Positions 41,517 through 51,118 of a stretch of DNA of 64,000 bases are shown here, piece by piece. Source of the stretch: Spirochaetia bacterium (lineage in GTDB: Bacteria; Spirochaetota; Spirochaetia; CADAEX01); contig OY759746.1 of assembly GCA_963662795.1 (NCBI GenBank), forward strand, positions 2,464,001 to 2,528,000, read 5' to 3'. The notes beneath the pieces were generated by a model. It did not search any database. It saw nothing but the letters and a program-made list of their open reading frames with translations, and was not told the origin of the DNA. The position numbers and the translations under genes were made by a program. Position 1 is the first letter of the stretch, and the number at the start of each line of letters is the position of its first letter.

Positions 41517-42992
41517 AATCTTCCGGCCTGACTGATTTTCTGCGGATGCAGGGATTATTATACTGAAACGGACAATCCTGTTCCTCCCTTTTTTAGTGTT
41601 TTCCGCTGTAATAACTCCTCCGTGTTTTTCTACCGCGGCCTTTGCTATTGTCAGCCCGAGTCCTGATCCCCTGGTCGACCTGCTGAACTCACCCCTGTAA
41701 AGGCGGTCGAAGATTCTCTTTATTTCCTTTTCAGGTATTTCTCCCGGATTTTCCACAGATATAACGGCGCTGCTGCCGGACCGGGATATTGAAATCCTGA
41801 TTTTTGCCCCTTCCGGACTGTACTGGATGCTGTTCTGAGCAAGATTGCTTAAAGCCCGCGTTAATAGATTGACATCACATCTGATTATAAAATCATCATT
41901 TTCAATCTGCAGGGTAACCCCTTTTTCCTTTGCCTGGACCGCGAACCTTTCCCTTAATACATCTGCGAGTTCTCCTGATGAAATATCTGAAAGGACAAGT
42001 GCAGCTTCCGGAGATTCAATATTTGTGAGCCGGTTCATGTCCTCGACAAGATGTTCAAGTCTGCCTACTTCTGCGAGCAGCATCTCAAGCCTCTTGCTGT
42101 CCGGTTTGAGTACGCCGTCGGCCATGGCTTCCAGCTGCGCCTTTATTGCAGTTGTCGGAGTCCTTAAGTCATGGGCAATATCCTGTGTCCATTGTTTTCG
42201 AGCCCTCTCTTCTCCTGAAAGCCTCTCCTGCAATATAAGCGCACTTTTACTTATTGTTGCAATCTCATTGGAACTGCCATCGGGGAATTCAACATCCCGG
42301 CTTCCGGCTGCGAGTTTTTCAAGCCCGCCTGAAACAGCGGATGCCTCTTTTGTGATCCTTCCTGAAATAAGCGATGTTGAAAGTATCGCTGCCACGACAG
42401 ATAATGTGATTCCGATAAAAAGCGTAAGGAATACAGCCTGAAGAAGCCTGCGGTTAAGGCCGTCCTCTGTCTCAAACCTCGAGGATTTTACCCAAATATA
42501 CGCGGCCGTACGTCCTTCCAGTATAACCGGGGTAAGCGCCTTGAAAAAATCAGGCATCATTTCCATATGCGCATCAGGCATCATCATCCCCGGTCCATCC
42601 CTCCTGTTCATTCCCGGCCCGCCTGGCAGGTAGGTATTTCCGCCGGGCCACCGCTGGGCAGGGGGCATCATCATGCCGGGAGGAATCCGGTTTCTCTTTA
42701 TATTATGCGACAGGATGATATTCCCGTCAGGTGAAAAAACAATAAGCGAGAACCTCTCTCCGAGATGCTGCTCAAGTGCTTTTTTTATCCCTGCAACTGA
42801 AAAATTATCAGATCTGCTGTAGAATTTTTCAAGTGTTCTTGCAATTGAGGATGCATACCTTGCCTCTGAAGCCCTGTACCACCCTTTAAAGGCAATATTC
42901 AGGCCGGAAAAGATAATTACAGATACAAAAATGAGAAATATGGCAAGACTTGCTGAAAAGGAAAGTATTATTTTCTTTTTTAATGATGCCAT
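41502..42992 (-). CDS. Sensor histidine kinase (BaeS-like)
   Basis: Two TM segments, HAMP, IAHDLRTP H-box, N-box, F.RLYRG, GSGLGL. Confidence 0.95.
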   Translation of the reverse strand: MASLKKKIILSFSASLAIFLIFVSVIIFSGLNIAFKGWYRASEARYASSIARTLEKFYSRSDNFSVAGIKKALEQHLGERFSLIVFSPDGNIILSHNIKRNRIPPGMMMPPAQRWPGGNTYLPGGPGMNRRDGPGMMMPDAHMEMMPDFFKALTPVILEGRTAAYIWVKSSRFETEDGLNRRLLQAVFLTLFIGITLSVVAAILSTSLISGRITKEASAVSGGLEKLAAGSRDVEFPDGSSNEIATISKSALILQERLSGEERARKQWTQDIAHDLRTPTTAIKAQLEAMADGVLKPDSKRLEMLLAEVGRLEHLVEDMNRLTNIESPEAALVLSDISSGELADVLRERFAVQAKEKGVTLQIENDDFIIRCDVNLLTRALSNLAQNSIQYSPEGAKIRISISRSGSSAVISVENPGEIPEKEIKRIFDRLYRGEFSRSTRGSGLGLTIAKAAVEKHGGVITAENTKKGRNRIVRFSIIIPASAENQSGRKISADI

Positions 42993-42995
42993 GTC

Positions 42996-43700
42996 CTATC
43001 CTGATATCTTTCCGTCAAACCTGTAGCCGAACCCCCTGACTGTTTTTATCCAGTTTTGGTTTTTCATTTTTGACCTTATATTTTTTATGTGTGTATCAAC
43101 AGTCCTTTCCGATCCTTCATAAAAATAATCAAGGCATTCTCCAAGGATCTTTTCCCTTGAAAGAAGTATCCCTGCATTGCCGGCAAGGTAATCTGTTATT
43201 TTCCATTCCGCTGCAGTAAGATCCACTGTTTCCCCGTTTTCCATTACGGTGTGACTCTCCTCATCAATTTTAAGTGTCATTCCGTCAAGGGTCCAGACTG
43301 ATTTTCCGTTTCTCCCTTCCGCCTCAGATCCGGCCGGCTTATGAGTCCGTTTCAGAACTGCCTCAACCCTTAGTACCAGTTCCCGCGGTGAAAAAGGTTT
43401 TACAACATAGTCATCAGCTCCGATCTCAAACCCTGTTATCCTGTCTGATTCCTGGTCCCTTGCAGTAAGAAAAATAAACGGGATATCATTTTTTTTCCTG
43501 ATCTGTTTCGCGAGATTAAACCCGCTGCCGTCAGGCAGCATTATGTCGATAATAATTAAATCAGGCTGTTTTTTACTGACAGAGTCAATTACCCCGTCAA
43601 GTTTTGCGAACCTGACGACTTCATGCTCGTTAAGCTCAAGATAACCTTTTACCGCTTCGCTTATTGCATCGTTATCCTCAACAATATATATTCTTGCCAT
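42996..43700 (-). CDS. OmpR-family response regulator
   Basis: IYIVEDN, DIMLPDGSG, GADDYVVKPF, RTVDTHIKNIR, TVRGFGY; start placed at ATG 43700. Confidence 0.95.
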   Translation of the reverse strand: MARIYIVEDNDAISEAVKGYLELNEHEVVRFAKLDGVIDSVSKKQPDLIIIDIMLPDGSGFNLAKQIRKKNDIPFIFLTARDQESDRITGFEIGADDYVVKPFSPRELVLRVEAVLKRTHKPAGSEAEGRNGKSVWTLDGMTLKIDEESHTVMENGETVDLTAAEWKITDYLAGNAGILLSREKILGECLDYFYEGSERTVDTHIKNIRSKMKNQNWIKTVRGFGYRFDGKISG

Positions 43701-43848
43701 ATATACAATATATGTGCAGTATTGAAAATAATAAATGATTATTTTGTGAAGATTCGGTGGAGAGAAGCGGGCGCATGTGAAGTGAATAATACCAATGCTC
43801 ATACCCGGAGAATGCGTAACTCAGGGTTTAAAGGCGGTTAATGGAAAG

Positions 43849-44847
43849 GTGAACAGCGGAATTGAAAAGAAAAGACTTTCAATATTAAAAATTCTTCAAG
43901 ATTCGTCAGAGCCTTTGTCAAGCGCTGTAATAACAGAAGAGCTTAACAGGATGGGCAGCTCCATAAGCGAAAGGACTGTAAGGTTTCACCTCCTTGATAT
44001 GGACCGCTGCGGGCTTACAGAGCGGGCGGGAAAACTGGGACGGCTGATTACACCGCTGGGCTCTGATGAACTTTCAATTGCAAGAATACATGAGAAGGTG
44101 GGTTTTCTTACCGCAAGAATTGATGAGATGACCTGGCGGATGGATTACAATATCTGGAACGGCACAGGACGAATTGTCATAAATGTGACTCTTGTAAAAA
44201 ACAGTGATTTACCCCCAGCTGTTCCCCTGCTCGCAAAAAGTTTTGAATCAGGTTTTACCATGGGTGAACTTGTGACAGTAATCAGGCCGGGTGAGACCGC
44301 CGGAACTGTAAAGATACCATGGGACTGTACAGGTATCGGCACTGTAAGCTCAATCAACGTCAACGCGGTCCTTCTTAAAAACAGCATACCTGCTGTTTCT
44401 TTATTCGGCGGCATTCTTGAGATATCAGACATGAAGCCCCAGAGATTCCTTGAGGTGATAAAATATGACGGGACAACTATCGATCCCCTTGAGATATTCA
44501 TTAAAGGGAGAATGACAGATATCCGGGGTATTACTGAAACCGGAAACGGCAGGGCAGGCGCAAGTTTTATAGAAATGCCGGGCGTGAGCAGGAAAGAGTT
44601 TATTGATATCAACAATGCTGTACGTGCGGCCGGACTCGGCGGCGCCCTTGCCGCCGGATGGCCTGGAAAGGAACTGCTTGGGATACCGGTAAACGAAGGA
44701 AGAGCGGGAGGAATTGTCCCCGGGGGGCTTAATGCTGTTGCTTTTCTTGAGGAAAACGGCATTGAAGTAAAATCCCAGGCCCTTTCCTGTCTGATGGATA
44801 TAGGAAATATGTTCAGCTACAGGGAGCTGAAGAACAGGCTTAAATAA
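43849..44847 (+). CDS. nrpR: NrpR-family nitrogen repressor (wHTH + NrpR regulatory domain)
   Basis: SERTVRFHL..MD..GLT, GR.IT..G..EL, G.I..N, GIGTVSS..VN..LLK..IP, Y.GTT.DPLEIFI, GGLN; adjacent to gltBD; start uncertain (GTG 43849 or 43795). Confidence 0.85.
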   Translation: MNSGIEKKRLSILKILQDSSEPLSSAVITEELNRMGSSISERTVRFHLLDMDRCGLTERAGKLGRLITPLGSDELSIARIHEKVGFLTARIDEMTWRMDYNIWNGTGRIVINVTLVKNSDLPPAVPLLAKSFESGFTMGELVTVIRPGETAGTVKIPWDCTGIGTVSSINVNAVLLKNSIPAVSLFGGILEISDMKPQRFLEVIKYDGTTIDPLEIFIKGRMTDIRGITETGNGRAGASFIEMPGVSRKEFIDINNAVRAAGLGGALAAGWPGKELLGIPVNEGRAGGIVPGGLNAVAFLEENGIEVKSQALSCLMDIGNMFSYRELKNRLK

Positions 44848-44864
44848 ATTTTTACTCACTTTTA

Positions 44865-45059
44865 AGGCAGGTTATTGCCTGTAGTCCGGCAATATTGCCG
44901 TAACAGTAGATGAAGATTCCTTTGCAAATATTAAATAAATAAAAAATATCCAATAACTCTATAATAGAGAATATCCTTTAGCCCTTTCTGTTATACTTAA
45001 TTGACAAAAAATACTGGTGATGTTAGATTCCTGAAAATCAAACGGCAAGTCATTGCCGT
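44865..45059 (+). promoter_or_regulatory. gltB promoter with GGCA-N6-TGCC palindromes (putative NrpR operators)
   Basis: TTGACA (45001)-17 bp-TAGATT with extended TG; AGGCAGGTTATTGCCT (44865-44880) and ACGGCAAGTCATTGCCGT (45042-45059). Confidence 0.65.
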
Positions 45060-45071
45060 GAGGAAGGGAAT

Positions 45072-48000
45072 ATGTCTGAAAAAACACTTTATGACCCCTC
45101 TTTTGAGCACGATAACTGCGGAGTCGGCTTTATTGCGGATATAAGCGGAAAAATCTCCCACGATATTATTGAAAAAGGGCTTCTGATTCTGAAAAACCTT
45201 GAACACCGCGGAGCGTCCGGAAGTGATTCAAATTCCGGTGACGGGGCAGGGATCCTTTCCGGGATACCTCATGATTTTTTTAAAGCTGTCGCTGCCAGGT
45301 CAGGAATAACCCTCCCGAAGCAGAACTCATACGGTGTCGGGATGCTGTTTATGCCCCGAAACCCCTCACAGGCAGAAGAAATTGAAAAAGATATTACAGA
45401 AATAATTAAAAGCCGCGGAGGTGAAATTCTTTTATGGCGCAGTGTTCCTGTTGCGCCTGAATGCCTTGGAGAGACTGCTTTACTCTCAAGACCTTATGTC
45501 AGACAGCTTGTCATGAAAATCGGATCGCTCTCGGGAGATGATCTTGAAAAAGAGCTTTATATTATAAGGCGGAGCATAGAGAAAAAGGAAGAATCAAATT
45601 ATTCAATAGAAGATTTTTATATCCCTTCTTTTTCCGCATATACAATTGTCTATAAGGGGCTTTTTATTGCGCCCCAGCTGGAACAGTTCTATCCTGACCT
45701 CACGGACAGCCTTTTCACGAGCTGCTTTGCGGTAGTTCACCAGAGATACAGCACAAATACATTTCCATCATGGCAGCTTGCCCAGCCTTTCAGGTATATT
45801 GCCCATAACGGGGAAATCAATACGATCCGGGGCAATGTAAGCAGGATGAAAGCCCGGGAGCAGACAATTATCGCGGAAAGCAGTGACCCTTACTATGAAA
45901 AAGTAATGCCTGTCATTAATGACGCTTTAAGCGATTCAGGCTGTTTTGATAATGTTTTTGAACTTCTTTTAAGGAGCGGCAGAAGCGCCGCCCACACGGT
46001 AATGATGATGATCCCCGAGCCGTTCAGCAGCGAGTATCATATAAGCCAGGACAGGCGGGCTTTTTACCAGTATCACGCGGCCCTTATGGAGCCGTGGGAT
46101 GGGCCGGCCGCCCTTGTTTTTACAGACGGAAAGATGGCAGCCGCTTCGCTGGACAGGAACGGACTCCGGCCTGCCAGATGGACAATTACAGGAGACAACA
46201 GGTTTATACTTGCCTCTGAAGCCGGCGTTATTCCTCTTGAAGATGAAAATATCAGAAGTACGGGACGGCTTTCCCCGGGAAGGATGGTTATAGTTGATTT
46301 TACCAAAAAGAGGGTTCTTTATGATAATGAAATCAAGGCATCTGTTACCAGGCAGAAGCCTTACCGGAAGTGGCTGGGAGAAAATCAGATTGATCTAAAG
46401 AACATGCTTCAGCTTCCAGGGGAAAATATTATAGAAAAACCGGATGTGAATCTTCTCTCTTCCGTTTTCGGCTATACAGGGGAGGATTTTGCCATAACAC
46501 TTAAAACAATGGCGGAAACGGGGCATGAGCCTGTAATTTCAATGGGGAATGATACTCCCCTTGCAGTCCTTTCAAAAAAGCCCCAGATGCTGTATCCGTT
46601 TTTCAGGCAGTTTTTTGCACAGGTTACAAATCCCCCCATCGATCCGCTCAGGGAAAAGATTGTAATGTCGCTTATGAGTTTTATAGGGAGGGAGAGAAAC
46701 CTGCTTGAGGAGACTCCTCTGCACTGCAGGCAGATCAAGCTGAACCATCCTGTTCTTACAAACGATGATATTGCAAAACTTATCGAAATTGATCTTGAAG
46801 GGCAGCGGACGGAAGTCCTTAAAATGTTTTATTACTGTACGGATAAATGCGCGGAGCAGCTTGATGAGGCGCTTACAAGTCTGTGCCTGAGGACAGAAGA
46901 AAAAATTGACATGGGAGCGACATTTGTTGTCCTTAGCGACAAAAATCTTGAAAACCGGCAGATACCCATTCCCGCGCTGCTTGCTGTTTCGGCAGTGCAT
47001 AATTACCTTGCCTCAAGAAAGAAAAGACAGCTTGCGGGGCTGATAGTGGAAACCGGCGAGGCCAGGGAGGTAATGCACTTTGCCGCGCTTATCAATGCCG
47101 GCGCAAGCGCGGTAAATCCCTATCTTGCATTTGAGCTTATCAGTTATATGAAGGAAAACGGAAAGATTGAGGATGATATCAAGCTGGACACGGCATTTGA
47201 AAACTATATTGAAGCAATAAAGCAGGGTCTGTTAAAGATTATGTCAAAAATGGGGATATCGACCATAAGAAGCTACCGGGGAGCAAAGACTCTTGAGGCG
47301 GTAGGGCTTTCATCTGATTTTATCAGCCGGTTCTTCCCGGGGATTGTTTCAAGGATCGGCGGTATAGGTCTTGACGAGATCGCATCCTCTGCCGCTGAAA
47401 GATACACACAGGCGGTCCGGACCGCAATCAGCAGCAAGGCGGTGGATTTTCCTGAAAGTGCCGGGACGCTTCACTACAGAAGGGGAGGGGAACAGCATCT
47501 GATGTCGCCTGAGGCTGTTGTTTATCTTCAGCGTTCTGTCCGGAGAAGCGATTATGAACTTTATAAAAAATATACAGAGGAAATAGATAATAAGACCAGC
47601 AGAAACACAACGCTGAGATCTCTTTTCAGATTTAAAAAAGGGGATCCTGTCCCGGTTGACGAGGTTGAGAGGGAAGATTCAATTGTAAAGAGATTTGTTT
47701 CCTCTGCCATGTCACTGGGCTCCTTAAGCGTTGAGGCGCATCATACTCTGGCTGCGGCCATGAACGCTCTGGGCTCTTCCAGCAACTCGGGCGAAGGGGG
47801 AGAGGAAGAGTCAAGGGTATCAGGAAAAGAGAGCAGCGATGCTTCAGTACCTGTGTCCGATGCGGGGAAAATAAGACAGATAGCTTCGGCGAGGTTCGGA
47901 GTTACAAGTCATTATATAGCAAACGCCAGAGAACTTCAGATAAAGATTGCACAGGGGGCAAAACCAGGAGAAGGGGGACATCTGCCGGGCTACAAGGTGA

Positions 48001-49619
48001 ATGAACTTATTGCTTCGGTCAGGTATTCAACTCCCGGTGTTACACTTATTTCCCCTCCTCCTCACCACGATATCTATTCAATAGAAGATCTTTCCCAGCT
48101 CATATATGATCTTAAAAACGCCAATCCCGAGGCGCGTATTTCCGTAAAGCTTGTTTCAGAAGCCGGAGTGGGAACAATCGCTTCAGGCGTTGCCAAGGCA
48201 GGTGCTGACATGGTTCTCATCAGCGGACATGACGGCGGAACAGGCGCGGCACCTGTCTCATCTGTTAAGTATGCCGGGCTCCCGTGGGAACTGGGGCTTG
48301 CTGAAACACAGCAGACACTTGTAAAAAACAATCTCAGGAGCAAGATAAGAATTCAGACAGACGGGCAGCTTAGAACAGGAAGGGATATAGCAATTGCTTC
48401 ACTGCTTGGCTCCGAAGAGTTCGGGTTTGGAACTGTCTCACTTGTCTGTCTGGGATGTATTATGATGAGAAAATGCCATAAAAACAGCTGTCCCGTCGGC
48501 ATTGCGACCCAGGATGAAGAACTCAGGAAGAGGTTTGCAGGAAAGCCTGAACATTTAATGAATTTCATGATTTTTACGGCAAGGCATTTAAGAGAGATAA
48601 TGGCATCGCTCGGCTTCAGGAGCCTTGATGAGATGACAGGCAGGTCAGATATGCTTGAAATCGATGATGAGAACCCTGTTATTGCAGAGAGAAAAATCAA
48701 CCTTTCACGTCTGATCTCTTTTGAACCGGTTCCTGATGAAATGAGAAAATCTTCATTATCAGGAAACTTTAAAAGGGAAAAAATTGATTTTCACGACCCT
48801 GTCGAAGATGCACTTATTGAATCTGTCCTTGAAAAAATCTATGCGGGAGAAAAAGCGGTTTTCAGTTCTGATATTTCAAACACAAACAGATCAATCGGAG
48901 CAAGGCTTTCATGGCACGTGTCAGGTAAATTCGGCCCCCGCGGCATGGAAGACGGTATGGTAAAAGCCCGTTTCAGGGGAAACGCAGGGCAGAGTTTCGG
49001 GGCATTCCTTTCCGGGGGGATTACCTTTATCATAAAAGGTTCGCTTAACGATTATCCGGGAAAAGGACTTTCCGGCGGAATTATAGCGGCTTTCCCTCCC
49101 GATACCCTGAAATTCCGCGCGGGGAAAAACGTCATTGCCGGCAACGCAGCCCTTTACGGGGCTACCTCCGGAAGCGCATTCTTCTCCGGTATGGCGGGAG
49201 AGAGGTTCTGTGTGAGAAACAGCGGAGCTTTAGCTGTAGCTGAAGGGACTGGGGACCACGGCTGTGAATACATGACAGGGGGAATAGTTGTTATTCTCGG
49301 GAGAACAGGGATAAATTTCGCTGCGGGAATGAGCGGCGGGACAGCCTATGTGCTTGATGAGGACCAGCTTTTTGATACGAGGTGCAACCTGGAGATGGTT
49401 GATATTGAACCTGTATCCCTTGAACGGGATAAAAAAGAACTGAAAGCAATTATTTCAAAGCATGCTGACTATACAGGCAGCGAATTCGGGAGAAACATAC
49501 TGTTTCACTGGGAGGAAATGTGGCCTCTCTTTGTAAAAGTAATACCATTTGAATACGGCAGCATAATGAGACCGTTATGGGAACGGGAAGAAAAGGAGCT
49601 TTGCAATGGGAAAGAATAA
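45072..49619 (+). CDS. gltB: Glutamate synthase large subunit
   Basis: HDNCGVGF, HQRYSTNTFPSW, EPWDGPA, IKIAQGAKPGEGG, C.MMRKCH.N.CP.G. Confidence 0.99.
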   Translation: MSEKTLYDPSFEHDNCGVGFIADISGKISHDIIEKGLLILKNLEHRGASGSDSNSGDGAGILSGIPHDFFKAVAARSGITLPKQNSYGVGMLFMPRNPSQAEEIEKDITEIIKSRGGEILLWRSVPVAPECLGETALLSRPYVRQLVMKIGSLSGDDLEKELYIIRRSIEKKEESNYSIEDFYIPSFSAYTIVYKGLFIAPQLEQFYPDLTDSLFTSCFAVVHQRYSTNTFPSWQLAQPFRYIAHNGEINTIRGNVSRMKAREQTIIAESSDPYYEKVMPVINDALSDSGCFDNVFELLLRSGRSAAHTVMMMIPEPFSSEYHISQDRRAFYQYHAALMEPWDGPAALVFTDGKMAAASLDRNGLRPARWTITGDNRFILASEAGVIPLEDENIRSTGRLSPGRMVIVDFTKKRVLYDNEIKASVTRQKPYRKWLGENQIDLKNMLQLPGENIIEKPDVNLLSSVFGYTGEDFAITLKTMAETGHEPVISMGNDTPLAVLSKKPQMLYPFFRQFFAQVTNPPIDPLREKIVMSLMSFIGRERNLLEETPLHCRQIKLNHPVLTNDDIAKLIEIDLEGQRTEVLKMFYYCTDKCAEQLDEALTSLCLRTEEKIDMGATFVVLSDKNLENRQIPIPALLAVSAVHNYLASRKKRQLAGLIVETGEAREVMHFAALINAGASAVNPYLAFELISYMKENGKIEDDIKLDTAFENYIEAIKQGLLKIMSKMGISTIRSYRGAKTLEAVGLSSDFISRFFPGIVSRIGGIGLDEIASSAAERYTQAVRTAISSKAVDFPESAGTLHYRRGGEQHLMSPEAVVYLQRSVRRSDYELYKKYTEEIDNKTSRNTTLRSLFRFKKGDPVPVDEVEREDSIVKRFVSSAMSLGSLSVEAHHTLAAAMNALGSSSNSGEGGEEESRVSGKESSDASVPVSDAGKIRQIASARFGVTSHYIANARELQIKIAQGAKPGEGGHLPGYKVNELIASVRYSTPGVTLISPPPHHDIYSIEDLSQLIYDLKNANPEARISVKLVSEAGVGTIASGVAKAGADMVLISGHDGGTGAAPVSSVKYAGLPWELGLAETQQTLVKNNLRSKIRIQTDGQLRTGRDIAIASLLGSEEFGFGTVSLVCLGCIMMRKCHKNSCPVGIATQDEELRKRFAGKPEHLMNFMIFTARHLREIMASLGFRSLDEMTGRSDMLEIDDENPVIAERKINLSRLISFEPVPDEMRKSSLSGNFKREKIDFHDPVEDALIESVLEKIYAGEKAVFSSDISNTNRSIGARLSWHVSGKFGPRGMEDGMVKARFRGNAGQSFGAFLSGGITFIIKGSLNDYPGKGLSGGIIAAFPPDTLKFRAGKNVIAGNAALYGATSGSAFFSGMAGERFCVRNSGALAVAEGTGDHGCEYMTGGIVVILGRTGINFAAGMSGGTAYVLDEDQLFDTRCNLEMVDIEPVSLERDKKELKAIISKHADYTGSEFGRNILFHWEEMWPLFVKVIPFEYGSIMRPLWEREEKELCNGKE

Positions 49620-51087
49620 GGGATTTCTTGAATTCAGTAAAACATATCCGACTTATCAGCCTGTACGGGACAGGGTATCCCATTACAGGGAATTTACAAA
49701 TAATCCTGACCTTAAAAAAATACAGACAGAATGCGGCAGGTGCATGGATTGCGGAATTCCGTACTGTCATGCCCTGGGATGCCCTCTGGGTACACTGATC
49801 CCGGAAATAAATGAAAATATATGGAACGGGGATTATCATGAAGCGTACCTGCGCCTTGAATCAACAGGAAATTTTCCCGAAATTACAGGGAGACTATGCC
49901 CCGCACTTTGTGAAGCATCATGTTCCCTTTCTGTCAATGACTATCCTGTTTCCATAAAATGCATTGAATACAGGCTTGCTGAAACAGCTTTTAAAAACGG
50001 CTGGGTAATTCCTTTGCCCCCTGTCTCTGAAAACGGAATCAAGGTCGCTGTAATAGGCTCCGGGCCGGCAGGACTTGCCGCGGCCCAGCAGTTAAGGAGG
50101 GCCGGCTTCAGCGTGACAGTTTTTGAAAAAGATAAAAAACCGGGCGGACTTCTACGCTACGGCATTCCTTCATTCAAACTCGAAAAGTGGGTTCTTGACA
50201 GGCGTCTTGAGCAGCTTAAGGAGGAGGGTGTTGTCTTCCGTAATGAAGTTGTTATCGGTGATGACATTTCCGCTGAATACCTGCGCCGTTTTTATAATAT
50301 TATTGTACTTGCGACAGGAGCGGGCAAACCGAGAGAAATCAAGGCAATCGGCTCAGGTTTTGAAAATATTGTATATGCGCTTGATTATCTTTCATCATCG
50401 GAGAGATGTCTTTCAGGAGAGTCTGCCGGAGACGGAACAGGCTGGCAAAAGCGTATAAATGCAGAAGGTAAAAGTGTTCTCGTTATAGGCGGCGGAGATA
50501 CAGGTGCCGATTGTGTCGGGACTGCCGTGAGACAGGGGGCAAAAAAGATCTGTCAGTTTGAAATAATGATGCCGCCCGAATCCCATAGCGGTGCAGGCAA
50601 TCCTGCGTGGCCCGATTATCCGGGGATAATGAGAAATTCATCCTCTCATGAAGAGGGCGGACAGCGGTATTGGGCTACGGAGGTCTATCAGTTTACTGGC
50701 AAGGATGTATATGTCGAAAAAGCGCTCTGCCGCAGGGTAAGCTGGAATTATGACCCGGCATCGGGGCGGCACAGCTTCAGTCCTGTAGGAGGCAGTGAAT
50801 TTGAAGCTGATGCAGACCTTGTTATAATAGCAGCCGGATTTATCCACACGGAACACAGCCGCCTTCTTTCCAAACTGGGAGTGACATTTGACAGGGCTGG
50901 TAATATAAAAAAAGATGAAAATAATATGACAGATGCTGAAGGAATATACGCTGCCGGGGACTGCTCTGCCGGAGCTTCGCTTATTGTAAAGGCAATTAAG
51001 AGCGGAAGGGATGCGGCGTCTTCCATCATAGCGAAATACAGAGATCTGCCTGGATACGAAGTTTCCGATAACACTCATTATCTTTGA
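49606..51087 (+). CDS. gltD: Glutamate synthase small subunit
   Basis: RCMDCGIPYCH, NFPEITGRLCPA.CE, GSGPAG, GGGDTGADC; overlaps the gltB end. Confidence 0.97.
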   Translation: MGKNKGFLEFSKTYPTYQPVRDRVSHYREFTNNPDLKKIQTECGRCMDCGIPYCHALGCPLGTLIPEINENIWNGDYHEAYLRLESTGNFPEITGRLCPALCEASCSLSVNDYPVSIKCIEYRLAETAFKNGWVIPLPPVSENGIKVAVIGSGPAGLAAAQQLRRAGFSVTVFEKDKKPGGLLRYGIPSFKLEKWVLDRRLEQLKEEGVVFRNEVVIGDDISAEYLRRFYNIIVLATGAGKPREIKAIGSGFENIVYALDYLSSSERCLSGESAGDGTGWQKRINAEGKSVLVIGGGDTGADCVGTAVRQGAKKICQFEIMMPPESHSGAGNPAWPDYPGIMRNSSSHEEGGQRYWATEVYQFTGKDVYVEKALCRRVSWNYDPASGRHSFSPVGGSEFEADADLVIIAAGFIHTEHSRLLSKLGVTFDRAGNIKKDENNMTDAEGIYAAGDCSAGASLIVKAIKSGRDAASSIIAKYRDLPGYEVSDNTHYL

Positions 51088-51118
51088 CTAACCCCGCTGC
51101 GGGGTATATATTATTGAA

